59,670 nucleotides of DNA, taken from contig JAKZRS010000048.1 of assembly GCA_047518015.1 (NCBI GenBank), forward strand, positions 1 through 59,670, in the 5' to 3' direction. A program made the translations under genes and the position numbers. The notes below the pieces were generated by a model. It made no database searches, was not told the origin of the DNA, and saw only the letters and a list, made by a program, of their open reading frames with translations. Below are positions 1 through 11,626 of the stretch, in pieces. The stretch is from Thermodesulfobacteriota bacterium. GTDB taxonomy: Bacteria > Desulfobacterota_D > UBA1144 > Nemesobacterales > Nemesobacteraceae. Position 1 is the stretch's first letter. Every line of letters starts with the position of its first letter.

Positions 1-134
1 TAATGCCGGGGGACAACGTAAGCATGGATGTGGAGTTAATAGCGCCTGTGGCGATGGAGGAGCAGCTTCGTTTTGCGATAAGAGAGGGTGGAAGAACCGT
101 AGGGGCGGGTGTAGTAACGGAAATCATTGAATAA
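1..134 (+). CDS. tuf: Elongation factor Tu, C-terminal fragment (5' end outside window)
   Basis: Frame from nt 3 reads [43 protein letters not shown], the EF-Tu C-terminus; stop TAA 132-134. Confidence 0.97.
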   Translation, partial: MPGDNVSMDVELIAPVAMEEQLRFAIREGGRTVGAGVVTEIIE

Positions 135-154
135 TGGGTAACAGAGAACTCTAC

Positions 155-227
155 AGGGCAGTAGCTCAATTGGTAGAGCAGCGGTCTCCAAAACCGCAGG
201 TTGGGGGTTCGAGACCCTCCTGCCCTG
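155..227 (+). tRNA. trnW: tRNA-Trp (CCA anticodon); 3' CCA not encoded
   Basis: Cloverleaf: AGGGCAG/CTGCCCT acceptor, GCTC/GAGC D arm, GCGGT-CTCCAAA-ACCGC anticodon arm, GGGGG-TTCGAGA-CCCTC T arm; usual position before secE. Confidence 0.96.
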
Positions 228-242
228 CAGAAAAATTAGGTC

Positions 243-446
243 ATGGAAAAATTCGACAGAATCAGAGTTGATACGACCAGGTATCTCAGCGGTGTTGCTG
301 CAGAACTGAAAAGAATAACCTGGCCCGAGCGTAAAGATACGGTTAAATCAACCTTCGTGGTTATTATTATTACCGCGTTTTTTGCACTCTTTTTTATGCT
401 GGCCGATTACGTGTTCTCTTTTCTGTTTGGTCTTATACTGAGTTGA
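243..446 (+). CDS. secE: Preprotein translocase subunit SecE
   Basis: ELKRITWP motif, single TM helix, between trnW and nusG. Confidence 0.93.
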   Translation: MEKFDRIRVDTTRYLSGVAAELKRITWPERKDTVKSTFVVIIITAFFALFFMLADYVFSFLFGLILS

Positions 447-472
447 AGAGCGAATCAGGGAGCAGTCTTCGG

Positions 473-1033
473 ATGTCAAGCAAGTGGTATATAGTACACG
501 TCAATACTGGTTTTGAAGAAAGGGTTAAGATCCAGATAGAAAACGGGATAGAGAGTATGAACAATCAGAACCTCGTTATTGACGAGATTTTTATTCCTAC
601 TGAGACCGTAGTTGAAACGCAGAAAGGCGGAAAAAGAAAAACTTCTGTCAGGAAATTCTTTCCCGGCTATGTAATGATTAAAATGGAACTTAACAAAGTA
701 ACTCTGGATTTTGTAAGGGAAATACCGAAAGTCATAAGTTTCGTTGGGGGTCGTCCGGTTGATGGAAAGATAGAAATCGGTTCCATTCCCGAAGTTGACG
801 AAGAAAAAGTTAATGAAATAAAGACAAGGGCGAAAGAGGGCACACTTAAGCCCAAACCCAGTGTAGCTTTTGAGAAAGGAGAAGCTGTAAGGGTTGTAGA
901 AGGGCCTTTTGCCAATTTTTCCGGAAATATAGAAGACGTAAAACCCGAAAAAGCCAGGGTGCAGGTACTGATCAGTATTTTTGGCAGAACCACACCTATA
1001 GAGCTTGATTTCAATCAGGTGGAGAAAATCTAG
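473..1033 (+). CDS. nusG: Transcription termination/antitermination factor NusG (alternative TTG start at 443)
   Basis: KWYIVHV..GFE, RKFFPGYV, KOW motif VRVVEGPF, SIFGRTTP. Confidence 0.96.
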   Translation: MSSKWYIVHVNTGFEERVKIQIENGIESMNNQNLVIDEIFIPTETVVETQKGGKRKTSVRKFFPGYVMIKMELNKVTLDFVREIPKVISFVGGRPVDGKIEIGSIPEVDEEKVNEIKTRAKEGTLKPKPSVAFEKGEAVRVVEGPFANFSGNIEDVKPEKARVQVLISIFGRTTPIELDFNQVEKI

Positions 1034-1453
1034 ATGAAGGAAATAAGCGGTTACATAAAGTTGCTGATTGAGGCGGGAAAGGCATCCCCTTCACCCCCTG
1101 TAGGTCCCGCGCTCGGACAAAGAGGCGTGAACATAATGGAATTCTGCAAGGCTTTTAACGCCCAGACATCTTCTACTGAAGGACTTCTTCCGGTTACGGT
1201 AACCGTTTATGCGGACAGATCTTTTGATCTTCAAATAAAAACTCCCCCTACTTCTTACCTGCTGAAGAAAGCTGCGGGTATAGAGAAAGGTTCAGGAACC
1301 ACTCCGAGAACCAAAGCTGGTAAGATCACCGAAGAACAGGCGAGGGAAATAGCGCAAAGAAAGCTTGAAGATCTCAATACCGATGAAATCGATACGGCCT
1401 TGATGGTTGTGCGCGGTACTGCGAGAAGCATGGGAATTGATATAGAAGGATAA
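1034..1453 (+). CDS. rplK: 50S ribosomal protein L11
   Basis: [33 protein letters not shown]; ATG directly follows the nusG stop. Confidence 0.97.
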   Translation: MKEISGYIKLLIEAGKASPSPPVGPALGQRGVNIMEFCKAFNAQTSSTEGLLPVTVTVYADRSFDLQIKTPPTSYLLKKAAGIEKGSGTTPRTKAGKITEEQAREIAQRKLEDLNTDEIDTALMVVRGTARSMGIDIEG

Positions 1454-1471
1454 AGTTTGGAGAGAAACTTC

Positions 1472-2197
1472 ATGACCACCAGAGGAAAGAAATATATTGA
1501 CATAAGCGCCAAGGTAAATGCCCAGAAAGAGTATACGGTTGATGAAGCCATGGAGCTTGTGGCGCAGGCTCACTACGCGAAATTTGACGAAATGGTGGAT
1601 GTAGCAGTAAATCTCGGCATAGACCCTAGACACGCGAACCAGCAGATCCGCTCAGCTCTTGTACTGCCTCACGGTCTCGGAAAAAAAGTAACGGTTCTTG
1701 TGTTCGCGGTAGATGACAAAGCGGTTGAGGCAAAAGATGCTGGAGCTGATTACGTGGGTCTTGATGATGTAGTGGAGAAGATTTCAAAGGAGAACTGGCT
1801 TGGTTTTGACGTGGCCATAGCCACTCCTGACGTTATGGCGAAAGTTGGTAGACTGGGGAAAGTTCTAGGACCCAGAGGATTGATGCCGAGCCCCAAAGTG
1901 GGTACGGTGACGTCGGACGTTGGTAACATGGTTAGGGAGGCAAAGGCCGGTCGTGTTGAAATCAGGAATGACAAAAATGGAGTTATACACGCTCCTCTTG
2001 GAAAAGTTTCTTTCGGAAAACAGAACCTGAAAGAAAACTTCCTCGCTTTTATGGGTTTTCTGATCAAAGAGAAGCCTACAGCTTCCAAAGGGGTTTTTCT
2101 GAGGAATATTTCGGTGTCGGCGACCATGGGTCCCGGTATCGGCGTGAGCATACCGGATCTTAGAAACGAGCTTAAAAGCAGGGGAATCGCAGCGTGA
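1472..2197 (+). CDS. rplA: 50S ribosomal protein L1
   Basis: KFDE, LGIDPR, LGPRGLMPSPK, TMGPG; GGAG before ATG 1472. Confidence 0.97.
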   Translation: MTTRGKKYIDISAKVNAQKEYTVDEAMELVAQAHYAKFDEMVDVAVNLGIDPRHANQQIRSALVLPHGLGKKVTVLVFAVDDKAVEAKDAGADYVGLDDVVEKISKENWLGFDVAIATPDVMAKVGRLGKVLGPRGLMPSPKVGTVTSDVGNMVREAKAGRVEIRNDKNGVIHAPLGKVSFGKQNLKENFLAFMGFLIKEKPTASKGVFLRNISVSATMGPGIGVSIPDLRNELKSRGIAA

Positions 2198-2233
2198 ACC
2201 TAACGCGAAACTAAATACGAAAAGAGAGAAACT

Positions 2234-2752
2234 ATGCTCAGTAAAGCCGCAAAGCAGAAAATAATTGACGACTTGGCATCCAGATTTCATTCCGTGCCCT
2301 CGGTGTTTGTTATCGAATACCAAGGGCTTAAGGTAAATGAGATGGATGTCCTAAGAAGAAAGCTCAAGCAGACCAATACGGAACTCAGAGTGGTAAAGAA
2401 CACCCTGTTGGAAAAAGCTTCACTCGGAACGGACGTGGAAAGAATGAAGGATCTTTTTTCGGGTCCCACCGCGGTTGCTATTTGTGATGGGGAATCTTCT
2501 GCGGCAGCGAAGGTTTTTGTTGATTACGGCAAAGATTTTCCGGAAATCAAGTTAAAGGGCGGGATATTCGAAGGAGAAGTGGTTGACGTATCCAGAATAG
2601 AGCGGATAGCGAAGCTTCCGTCAAGACAGGAACTTCTCTCTGAGTTTATAGGATTGCTTAGTGCTCCGATGGGGAACCTCGTGGGAGTGCTTGAGCAGAC
2701 GCGCTCAAATATTGTCGGTGTGCTTGAAGCGCTAAAAGAAAAAAAAGATTAA
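2234..2752 (+). CDS. rplJ: 50S ribosomal protein L10
   Basis: YQGL, VVKNTL, GPTA, LPSRQEL motifs; synteny. Confidence 0.96.
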   Translation: MLSKAAKQKIIDDLASRFHSVPSVFVIEYQGLKVNEMDVLRRKLKQTNTELRVVKNTLLEKASLGTDVERMKDLFSGPTAVAICDGESSAAAKVFVDYGKDFPEIKLKGGIFEGEVVDVSRIERIAKLPSRQELLSEFIGLLSAPMGNLVGVLEQTRSNIVGVLEALKEKKD

Positions 2753-2795
2753 CTAATAAAATTGTAGAATTGTTTATCAAGGAGGAATAAAACAG

Positions 2796-3179
2796 ATGCC
2801 CGATATTAGCAGAACAGACGTTGTCACCTATCTTGAACAAGCCAATATGCTTGAGATATCCGAACTTATAGAAGAGATAAAGGACAAGTTCGGTGTCGAA
2901 GCTGCCGTTCCGCAAGTTGCCGTTGCCGCTGCTGGCGGTGCCGAAGCTGCTCCTGTGGCCGAAGAAAAAAATGAGTTTGATGTGATTCTCAAGTCCTTCG
3001 GAGAAAAGAAAATACAGGTTATAAAGGCAGTAAGGGAGATTGTGGGTCTTGGTCTCAAGGAATCCAAGGAACTTGTTGAGGGAGCTCCTAAGCCCGTAAA
3101 AGAAGGAGTGAGCAAAGATGAGGCCGAAGAGGTTAAGAAAAAGCTTGAAGACGCCGGGGCGACCGTTGAAGTTAACTGA
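2796..3179 (+). CDS. rplL: 50S ribosomal protein L7/L12
   Basis: Ala-rich hinge, [25 protein letters not shown]; AGGAGG SD. Confidence 0.97.
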   Translation: MPDISRTDVVTYLEQANMLEISELIEEIKDKFGVEAAVPQVAVAAAGGAEAAPVAEEKNEFDVILKSFGEKKIQVIKAVREIVGLGLKESKELVEGAPKPVKEGVSKDEAEEVKKKLEDAGATVEVN

Positions 3180-3221
3180 CTGATAATTTTTTCCGGTTAT
3201 TTTCACTTAAATTAAGAAACG

Positions 3222-6200
3222 ATGGGGTGCGCGTTGAGCATAGAAAATATAGAGTCTCAAGAGTTAAGGAAAGATTTTTCGAAGATTCCCCAGGTTCTGG
3301 ATATCCCCCACCTGCTTGATGTACAGATAAAATCGTACGCAGATTTCTTACAGGCCGATATTCCTCCGGATAAGCGTTCGGACACTGGTCTTCACGGAGC
3401 CTTCAAGGCTGTTTTTCCCCTTGAGGATTACAATGGCAAGGCTTCTTTAGAGTATCTCCAATACAGGCTGGACGAACCCAAATATGATTTCGCTGAATGC
3501 AGGCTTAAAGGCTATACCTACACTACTCCTCTATACGTAACCTTTCGTCTCATAATATGGGACATCCCTGAGGGTGAAAAGGGACAGAAGGATACCGAAA
3601 GACAGTTCCGCGACATCAAAGAGCAAGAGATATATTTCGGGGAAGTACAGCTTATGACCCCTAGCGGTTCTTTCATAGTAAACGGAACCGAAAGAGTCAT
3701 AGTGAATCAGCTTCACAGATCTCCAGGGGTGTTCTTCGATCGAGACAAAAGCAAGAGCCAGTTGTCTGGGAGGGAAGGAGCATTCATAGCGAGAATCGTT
3801 CCTCAAAACGGTCGCTGGCTTGATTTTGAATATGATATGAAGGATATGCTCCATGTGCGCATAGACAGAAAGAAAAAATTCCATGTCACCGTTCTTCTCA
3901 AGGCAATGGGGTACGATGACCAGCAGATAATGGACTTTTTCTATCCCGTGGAGACTTTCCACATAGAACGGGAAGAACTTCTAAAGGAGATAAATGCGGA
4001 GATTTTTGACTCGGGGCCAGATGGTTTTAAAAAGGAAATAACCACCGAGATAATTTCATACCAGAAGGCGACTAAGGACATAGACCACCCGAAGACGGGG
4101 GAACTTATAGGCAGAAAGGGAAGAAGGCTTAAGAATCTTCTTCCTAGGTTCGAAGAAGTCGGCATGACTTCCATCCCCGTTTCAGACGAAGAGATAATTG
4201 AAAAACCCTCGGCTGAGACGGTTTCCGATCCTGAAACAGGAGAAGTAATACTCGGTTTCAATGAGGAAATAACAGAAGAAAAACTTAAGGAATTACGCAG
4301 AATCGGCAGAAAAACCCTTAGGGTTTACTATATGGACAAAACTCTGTTCGTAAGTTCCCTAAGGACTACTCTTCTCTCCGACAAGATGGATTCATGTGAG
4401 GAAGCCGTAACAGAGATATACAAGAAATTCAGACCGACGGATCCTCCCTCGGATGCAGTCGCACGGACTTTCTTTGAAAACATGTTTTTTACCCCCGATG
4501 CCTACAGGCTCTCAAAAGTAGGTCGAAGTAAGATCAACTACAAGCTGAAAAGGAAAGGGGTAAGCGAAGATCACCTCACTTTGGACAGAGAAGATATTCT
4601 GCTGACCGTGAAATACTTGCTTGATTTAAAAGGCGGCAGAGGGTCCACCGACGACATAGATCACCTCGGGAACCGAAGGGTCAGAACTGTTGGTGAACTC
4701 ATAGAGGACCGCTTTTATCATGGCCTCGAAAGGCTTGCCCGGTTTGTCAAGGAGAAAATGGGATACCAGACCATAGAGAACCTTATGCCTAACGAGGTTC
4801 TCGTTCCGAAAACCGTGACATCTGTTCTAAAGGAGTTTTTCACCACAGGCCAGCTCTCCCAGTTTATGGATCAGACCAATCCGCTCTCGGAGATAACCCA
4901 TAAAAGAAGGCTGAGTGCTCTGGGTCCAGGGGGTCTTACCAGAGAGAGGGCAGGATTTGAAGTTAGGGACGTTCACTCTTCCCACTATGGGAGAATATGT
5001 CCCGTAGAAACCCCAGAGGGTCCCAACATTGGACTGATATCCAGCCTGAGCACTTACGCGAGGGTAGACGGATCCGGATTTATCCGGACGCCGTACAGGA
5101 AAGTGAAGGACGGGCGCGTTTCGGAAGAGATAGTATATATGAACGCGCTTATGGAAGAGGATTACGTTATAGCTCAGGCAAACGCTCCTCTTGAAGAAGA
5201 CGGATCTTTCAGAATGCCTTTTGTCTCCGCTAGGGGGAATGGCGAATTTATGATGGTTGAGAGGGAGAAGGTTGAGTTTATGGACGTATCTCCTTCGCAG
5301 CTTGTATCGGTTTCGGCTTCTCTTATTCCCTTCCTTGAGCATGATGATGCGAACAGGGCCCTTATGGGTTCCAACATGCAGCGCCAAGCCGTGCCGTTGA
5401 TAAAAAGCGTTTCGCCGCTTGTGGGGACAGGTTTTGAGAGCAAGGTGGCCAAGGACTCCGGGGTTACAATTATTGCCCGCAGGGATGGCGTGGTGGAGTC
5501 CGTAGACGCGGTCAGGATTGTAGTCAAGTCTATGGAGAGAAGTCGCGAAGGCGGAGTCGATATCTACAATCTGATGAAATTCCACCGATCAAACCAGAGT
5601 TCATGCTGGAATCAAACCCCCATAGTTCGCCAGGGACAGCGGGTTAAAAAAGGGCAGGTAATAGCCGACGGATGTTCAACGGACCGTGGTGAACTTGCGC
5701 TCGGGCAGAACATGGTTGTCGCTTTTATGCCATGGGGCGGATACAACTTTGAAGATGCGATTTTGATATCTGAGAGGGTTGTGAAGGATGATGCGTTCAC
5801 TTCAATCCATGTTGAGGAGTTTGAGTGTACGGCGAGGGAGACCAAGCTTGGAAGAGAAGAAATAACCAGAGATATACCGAACGTGTCCGAAGAGTCACTT
5901 GGGAATCTGGACGAGAGCGGAATAATAATGATCGGTGCCGAAGTTGGACCTGGGGATATATTGGTCGGAAAAATCTCTCCGAAAGCCGAAACCCAACTTT
6001 CTCCGGAAGAGAGACTTTTAAGGGCGATCTTCGGAGATAAGGCGGGGGACGTAAAAGATTCTTCTCTCAGGGTGACTTCCGGGTTATATGGTACCGTGAT
6101 AGATGTTGAAACTCTCGTGTCCCGCTCGGTGGACAAGGATGACAGGAGCAAGTTTATCGAGAACTATGAAATCTCGAAATTAAAACTGGATAAGGAAAAC

Positions 6201-7424
6201 GAGAGAATCATTCTAAGAAAGGATGCGGTTGACAGGGTAAAACATATTGTTCTTGGTAAGACCTCGCTTTCTAAGATAACGGTCAACAGAAAGACGGTTC
6301 TTAAAAGCGGGCAGGAAATTGCCGAGGAGATTCTCGACGCTATCCCCTTGGAAAAGCTTGTCGATATCAGAATTAAGGGCCTTCCCGCAGCGCGCGAGGA
6401 ACTGGTCGGAATAGTCGAGAAGGTTCTCAAGCGCGTTGAGTACATAGCCACTGCGTATGAACAGCGGATGGAGAAGCTTAAAAAGCCAGATGAGTTGCCC
6501 CCGGGGGTCCTGAGGGTGGTTAAGGTCCGCATCGCCGTCAAAAGAAAGCTTCAGGTTGGCGACAAAATGGCGGGACGGCACGGCAACAAAGGAGTTGTTT
6601 CGAAAATACTTCCGCAGGAAGATATGCCTTATCTTTCTGATGGAAGGCCGGTTGATATGGTACTTAACCCCCTTGGTGTGCCTTCAAGGATGAATGTCGG
6701 GCAGATACTGGAGACTCACTTGGGATGGGGTGGTAGAGAGCTTGGAAGACAGCTTAACGAGTATGTCGAAGCGGAATTCAGCACCGAAGCCCTGAAAGAG
6801 AAGCTTCTGGAAATATACTTGGATTCTTCGGATATGGGCAAGCTTATTCAGTCGCTCGACAGAGACGGTACCGTTAAGTTAGTAAAAGAGCTTAAAGAAG
6901 GAGTTCCGGTTAAATCTCCGGTCTTCGATGGCGCCCACGAGTCTGAAATCGCACGGATACAGAAGCTTGCCGGCATACACGAAGACGGGAAAACAATTCT
7001 TTTTGACGGTCAGACCGGCGAACCTTTCGATCAGAAAGTGTGCGTCGGAATAATGTATATGTTAAAGCTCCATCATCTAGTGGAAGAAAAAATTCATGCG
7101 AGGGCAATAGGGCCTTATTCCCTTGTAACTCAGCAACCTCTTGGAGGCAAGGCCCACTTTGGCGGACAGAGACTCGGAGAAATGGAAGTTTGGGCGCTTG
7201 AAGCCTACGGAGCCGCTTATACGCTTCAGGAATTCGTTACCATAAAGTCGGATGATGTAGCGGGCCGAACCAGAATTTTTGACGCGATTGTAAGAGGAGA
7301 TATGAACTTTGAGCCAGGTCTTCCTGAATCTTTCAAAGTGTTGCGTAAGGAACTGCAAGCGCTAGGGCTCGATGTCGATCTCATTGAAAAAGAAGCGGAA
7401 ATCGAATCGCTTCCTAAATATTGA
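3222..7424 (+). CDS. rpoB: DNA-directed RNA polymerase beta subunit
   Basis: QLHRSPG, SQFMDQTNPL, GDKMAGRHGNKG, GGQRLGEMEVWALEAYG. Confidence 0.99.
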   Translation: MGCALSIENIESQELRKDFSKIPQVLDIPHLLDVQIKSYADFLQADIPPDKRSDTGLHGAFKAVFPLEDYNGKASLEYLQYRLDEPKYDFAECRLKGYTYTTPLYVTFRLIIWDIPEGEKGQKDTERQFRDIKEQEIYFGEVQLMTPSGSFIVNGTERVIVNQLHRSPGVFFDRDKSKSQLSGREGAFIARIVPQNGRWLDFEYDMKDMLHVRIDRKKKFHVTVLLKAMGYDDQQIMDFFYPVETFHIEREELLKEINAEIFDSGPDGFKKEITTEIISYQKATKDIDHPKTGELIGRKGRRLKNLLPRFEEVGMTSIPVSDEEIIEKPSAETVSDPETGEVILGFNEEITEEKLKELRRIGRKTLRVYYMDKTLFVSSLRTTLLSDKMDSCEEAVTEIYKKFRPTDPPSDAVARTFFENMFFTPDAYRLSKVGRSKINYKLKRKGVSEDHLTLDREDILLTVKYLLDLKGGRGSTDDIDHLGNRRVRTVGELIEDRFYHGLERLARFVKEKMGYQTIENLMPNEVLVPKTVTSVLKEFFTTGQLSQFMDQTNPLSEITHKRRLSALGPGGLTRERAGFEVRDVHSSHYGRICPVETPEGPNIGLISSLSTYARVDGSGFIRTPYRKVKDGRVSEEIVYMNALMEEDYVIAQANAPLEEDGSFRMPFVSARGNGEFMMVEREKVEFMDVSPSQLVSVSASLIPFLEHDDANRALMGSNMQRQAVPLIKSVSPLVGTGFESKVAKDSGVTIIARRDGVVESVDAVRIVVKSMERSREGGVDIYNLMKFHRSNQSSCWNQTPIVRQGQRVKKGQVIADGCSTDRGELALGQNMVVAFMPWGGYNFEDAILISERVVKDDAFTSIHVEEFECTARETKLGREEITRDIPNVSEESLGNLDESGIIMIGAEVGPGDILVGKISPKAETQLSPEERLLRAIFGDKAGDVKDSSLRVTSGLYGTVIDVETLVSRSVDKDDRSKFIENYEISKLKLDKENERIILRKDAVDRVKHIVLGKTSLSKITVNRKTVLKSGQEIAEEILDAIPLEKLVDIRIKGLPAAREELVGIVEKVLKRVEYIATAYEQRMEKLKKPDELPPGVLRVVKVRIAVKRKLQVGDKMAGRHGNKGVVSKILPQEDMPYLSDGRPVDMVLNPLGVPSRMNVGQILETHLGWGGRELGRQLNEYVEAEFSTEALKEKLLEIYLDSSDMGKLIQSLDRDGTVKLVKELKEGVPVKSPVFDGAHESEIARIQKLAGIHEDGKTILFDGQTGEPFDQKVCVGIMYMLKLHHLVEEKIHARAIGPYSLVTQQPLGGKAHFGGQRLGEMEVWALEAYGAAYTLQEFVTIKSDDVAGRTRIFDAIVRGDMNFEPGLPESFKVLRKELQALGLDVDLIEKEAEIESLPKY

Positions 7425-7442
7425 TTTGGAGGGAACCATCCC

Positions 7443-10400
7443 ATGGATATAGACACGCTTTTTGAAAAGCCGAAAAACCCTTCTGATTATTCGGCCATAA
7501 AAATTTCCCTAGCATCTCCGGAAAAAATCAGGTCATGGTCAAGCGGCGAGATAAAGAAACCGGAGACTATAAACTACAGAACGTTCAAACCGGAGAGAAA
7601 CGGTCTTTTCTGCGCCAAGATATTTGGCCCCGTAAAGGATTACGAATGCACCTGTGGAAAGTACAAGAGACTTAAGCACAGAGGGGTAACGTGCGAAAAA
7701 TGCGGCGTTGAGGTAATTTCCTCCAAGGTGAGAAGGGAGAGGATGGGTCATATTGAACTGGCTTCTCCGGTCGCTCACATATGGTTTCTCCGCAGTATTC
7801 CCAGCAGAATAGGAATGCTCCTCGACATGACTCTAAAAGACTTGGAGAGAGTACTCTACTTCGAGGCTTACATAGTCAAGGATCCGGGAGTTTCCGATCT
7901 CAAGTTCGCCCAGGTAATAACCGAGGACGAGTACAGGGCCGAGCGGGAGCAGTTCGGTTCCGAATTTGTCGTTGGCATGGGAGCCGAGTCGGTGCGGGAA
8001 ATGCTGAAAACAATAGACCTAAGCGAGCTTTCCCAAGAACTCAGGATCAGTATGAAAGAGACCAAGTCTCCGATCAAAAAAGCCCGTATTGCAAAAAGAC
8101 TGAGAATATGCGAGGCGTTTCGCAAGTCCAAAAACCGTCCCGAATGGATGATTCTGACTACCATTCCTGTCCTGCCACCTGATCTCAGACCTCTTGTTCC
8201 TCTTGATGGAGGACGATTTGCTGCCTCGGACCTCAACGATCTTTACAGGAGGGTGATTAACAGAAATAACAGGCTGAAAAAACTCCTTGAGCTCGGCGCT
8301 CCCGACATAATAGTCAGAAATGAAAAGAGAATGCTGCAGGAGTCCGTTGATGCGCTTTTGGAAAACGGAAGAAGGGGAAGACCTGTTCTGGGTCACAACC
8401 ACAGGCCACTTAAGAGTCTGAGTGACATAATTAAAGGTAAACAAGGTAGATTCAGACAGAATCTTCTTGGAAAAAGAGTCGATTACTCAGGTCGATCAGT
8501 TATTACCGTGGGTCCTGATCTGCGTCTTCACCAGTGTGGATTACCCAAACAGATGGCGCTTGAGCTTTTCAGGCCCTTTGTTTACCACAAACTTGAGAGG
8601 TGGGGTGAAGCGGCAACGATAAAGATAGCAAAGAAACTGCTTGATAGCGAGGCTCCGGTGGTATGGGACGCTCTTGACGAAGTGGTCAAGGAGCATCCGG
8701 TGCTTCTTAACAGAGCTCCGACTCTTCACCGTTTAAGCATACAGGCTTTTGAACCGGTGCTTATTGAAGACAAGGCCATTCAGCTTCATCCGCTTGTGTG
8801 CCCTGCTTACAACGCGGATTTTGACGGTGACCAGATGGCGGTTCACGTCCCGCTTTCAATTGAAGCGCAGACTGAATGTCGCTCGCTTGTTATGTCAACG
8901 AACAATATTCTTTCCCCCGCACATGGAAAGCCAGTAATACTTCCCACTCAGGATATAGTTCTTGGGCTTTACTATATGACAAGGGACGCGGCATTGGATA
9001 AAGATGCTGATTCGGGGAGTCTTCTTTCAGTACGCGAGGTGGTTTTTGCCTACGAGCTTGGGAAAATTGGTTTGCATGATAGCGTAACCGTCAGGATTGA
9101 GGGGGGGAATCATCTCACGACCGTTGGAAGGGTTTTAATGTACGAGGTTATTCCTGAAGGTGTCCCATTTGAACTTATCAACAAGCCGATGACAAAAAGA
9201 GCGATCGAGTCTCTTGTTGATGAGTGTTTCAGGAAAACCGGTGGTAAAAGCACGGTCTTGCTGGCTGACAGCCTGAGAACTCTCGGATTTAAATATTCCA
9301 CAAAATCCGGCGCTTCCATTTCAATCACGGACATGATTATTCCAGAATCGAAAAAAGATCTTCTGGACGAAGCCCGGGCGGAAGTTCTGAAAGTTCAGAA
9401 CCAGTATTCTCAGGGACTGATAACCGACGGAGAAAGATACAACAAGGTGATAGATATCTGGGCGAAAACGAGTGATGAAGTTGCTCGGGCGATGATGAAA
9501 AAGATTTCTTCCGAAGAGATTCAGACGGGTAAAAACACCAGGATTACCCGACCGAGTTCAAACCCGATATATATGATGATTGATTCTGGGGCGAGGGGAA
9601 GCCAGACCCAGGTAAGGCAGCTTGCCGGCATGAGAGGACTTATGGCGAAGCCGTCAGGAGAAATCATAGAGACTCCGATCACCTCAAATTTCCGCGAAGG
9701 TCTAACGGTACTCCAGTATTTCATCTCTACCCATGGAGCGAGGAAGGGACTTGCGGATACGGCGCTTAAGACGGCAAACGCCGGTTACCTGACGCGAAGG
9801 CTGATTGATGCCGCTCAGGACGTAATGATTACCGAACTTGACTGCGGCACTATAGAGGGAATCAAGGTTAGTGATCTGGCTGAAGGCGGAGAGATAATCG
9901 AAAAAGTAGGAGAAAGGGTGCTTGGAAGAGTAGCGCTTGAAGATATAAAGGATCTGAAGACTGGAGAGATAATTATTCGCTCAAACGAGGAAATTAATGA
10001 GGACTCAGTCAAGGGAATAGACGAAGCCGGTATAAGCGAGGCGAGTATCCGCTCCGTTCTTACCTGTGAGACCAAAACCGGTGTCTGCAGACTCTGCTAC
10101 GGAAGGAACCTTTCCACTGGAAAGCTTGTAAACATGGGCGAAGCCATAGGTATTGTCGCAGCCCAGTCAATCGGGGAACCCGGCACTCAGCTTACGATGA
10201 GGACGTTTCATATAGGTGGTGCCGCGAGCCAGAGAGCTGCCGAGAGCACTCTTGTGAGCCAGCACGAGGGAATAGTAAGGTTTAAGAACATAAAGGCTGT
10301 TAAGGGACGTGATAACAAATTGGTGGTTATCAGCAGAAGCGGTGTGCTCTCAATTGAGGACAGCAAGGGATATGAAAGAGAGAAATGTCCCGTTGTTCTT

Positions 10401-11588
10401 GGAGCCAGGTTGAACGTAAGGGAAGGGGAGGAAGTAAAGAAAGGGAAAATGCTTGCGGAATGGGATCCTTACACGACTCCTATAATTTCGGAGGTTTCAG
10501 GGACTGTGAGGTTCAGGGACCTTGAATCCGGGGTTACTTACAAGGAGCAAGTGGACGAAGTCACGGGTGTCTTCAAGAGGTCCGTAGTTGAGACTAAGAA
10601 TCTCGAAATGCATCCTACGCTCGATGTCGAGATAAGAGCCGAAGACTTGGAATCTCAGGAAAATGACTCCGTGAAAAAGGAGAAGAAAATACCTTATTCG
10701 CTTCCCGTAGGTGCCATAATAGAGGTCGGGGACAAGGATGAGATAGAGGCGGGAGATGTGCTAGCGAAGATTCCGAGAGCAACATCGAAGACAAAAGACA
10801 TTACCGGAGGACTTCCAAGAGTCGCAGAGCTTTTCGAAGCCAGGGTGCCCAAAGATCCAGCAGTTGTAAGCGAGATCGACGGAAGTATTTCCTACGGAAA
10901 AGATATCAAGGGGAAAAAGAGGGTCGTGGTAACTCCGGAGATGGGGGAACCCAAAGAGTACACGGCACCTAGAGGAAAACATATATTGGTCAGGGAAGGG
11001 GAGCTTGTGTCTTCGGGTGACCAGCTTGTTGATGGTGCGGTTAATCCTCACGATATTCTGAATATCATGGGAGATAAAGCCCTTGCAAACTATATGGTTA
11101 ATGAAATCCAGGAAGTCTACAGACTCCAGGGCGTAAAAATTAACGACAAGCATATAGAGGTTATAGTCAAGCAGATGCTCAGAAGGGTAAAGATAAAAGA
11201 TCCGGGCGATACCACGATGCTTGTCGGCGAGGCTATAGAGAAAAATGTTTTCTTCGAGGAAAACGAAAAGATCATGGAAGAAGGCGGAACCCCGGCTGCT
11301 GCTGAACCGCTTCTTCTGGGTATAACCCGCGCCTCGTTGAGTACCCGTAGTTGGCTCTCTGCGGCATCTTTTCAGGAGACCACCAGAGTTCTTACGGAGG
11401 CTTCCTGCGAGGGCAGAGAAGACACTCTCAGGGGACTTAAGGAAAACGTCATTGTGGGCAGGTTGATTCCGGCTGGTACCGGCCTTCCCATGTACAGCGA
11501 CATAAGTATAGAGACCGAGGCACCGGGAATACCCGTACCCGTACCGAAAATTGAGGAAAAGAGCGAAGACGTGCTGCTAGAAGGCTGA
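7443..11588 (+). CDS. rpoC: DNA-directed RNA polymerase beta' subunit
   Basis: KPETINYRT, Zn-binding cysteines, catalytic [26 protein letters not shown]. Confidence 0.99.
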   Translation: MDIDTLFEKPKNPSDYSAIKISLASPEKIRSWSSGEIKKPETINYRTFKPERNGLFCAKIFGPVKDYECTCGKYKRLKHRGVTCEKCGVEVISSKVRRERMGHIELASPVAHIWFLRSIPSRIGMLLDMTLKDLERVLYFEAYIVKDPGVSDLKFAQVITEDEYRAEREQFGSEFVVGMGAESVREMLKTIDLSELSQELRISMKETKSPIKKARIAKRLRICEAFRKSKNRPEWMILTTIPVLPPDLRPLVPLDGGRFAASDLNDLYRRVINRNNRLKKLLELGAPDIIVRNEKRMLQESVDALLENGRRGRPVLGHNHRPLKSLSDIIKGKQGRFRQNLLGKRVDYSGRSVITVGPDLRLHQCGLPKQMALELFRPFVYHKLERWGEAATIKIAKKLLDSEAPVVWDALDEVVKEHPVLLNRAPTLHRLSIQAFEPVLIEDKAIQLHPLVCPAYNADFDGDQMAVHVPLSIEAQTECRSLVMSTNNILSPAHGKPVILPTQDIVLGLYYMTRDAALDKDADSGSLLSVREVVFAYELGKIGLHDSVTVRIEGGNHLTTVGRVLMYEVIPEGVPFELINKPMTKRAIESLVDECFRKTGGKSTVLLADSLRTLGFKYSTKSGASISITDMIIPESKKDLLDEARAEVLKVQNQYSQGLITDGERYNKVIDIWAKTSDEVARAMMKKISSEEIQTGKNTRITRPSSNPIYMMIDSGARGSQTQVRQLAGMRGLMAKPSGEIIETPITSNFREGLTVLQYFISTHGARKGLADTALKTANAGYLTRRLIDAAQDVMITELDCGTIEGIKVSDLAEGGEIIEKVGERVLGRVALEDIKDLKTGEIIIRSNEEINEDSVKGIDEAGISEASIRSVLTCETKTGVCRLCYGRNLSTGKLVNMGEAIGIVAAQSIGEPGTQLTMRTFHIGGAASQRAAESTLVSQHEGIVRFKNIKAVKGRDNKLVVISRSGVLSIEDSKGYEREKCPVVLGARLNVREGEEVKKGKMLAEWDPYTTPIISEVSGTVRFRDLESGVTYKEQVDEVTGVFKRSVVETKNLEMHPTLDVEIRAEDLESQENDSVKKEKKIPYSLPVGAIIEVGDKDEIEAGDVLAKIPRATSKTKDITGGLPRVAELFEARVPKDPAVVSEIDGSISYGKDIKGKKRVVVTPEMGEPKEYTAPRGKHILVREGELVSSGDQLVDGAVNPHDILNIMGDKALANYMVNEIQEVYRLQGVKINDKHIEVIVKQMLRRVKIKDPGDTTMLVGEAIEKNVFFEENEKIMEEGGTPAAAEPLLLGITRASLSTRSWLSAASFQETTRVLTEASCEGREDTLRGLKENVIVGRLIPAGTGLPMYSDISIETEAPGIPVPVPKIEEKSEDVLLEG

Positions 11589-11626
11589 TATTTCCCCTGC
11601 CGTCTGCTTCTTTCTTTTGATCAGCC

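Noticed and set aside
3222-11588. Possible inteins or an rpoB-rpoC fusion
   Set aside because: Lengths are ordinary, conserved blocks are contiguous, and a stop plus an 18-nt spacer separates the genes.
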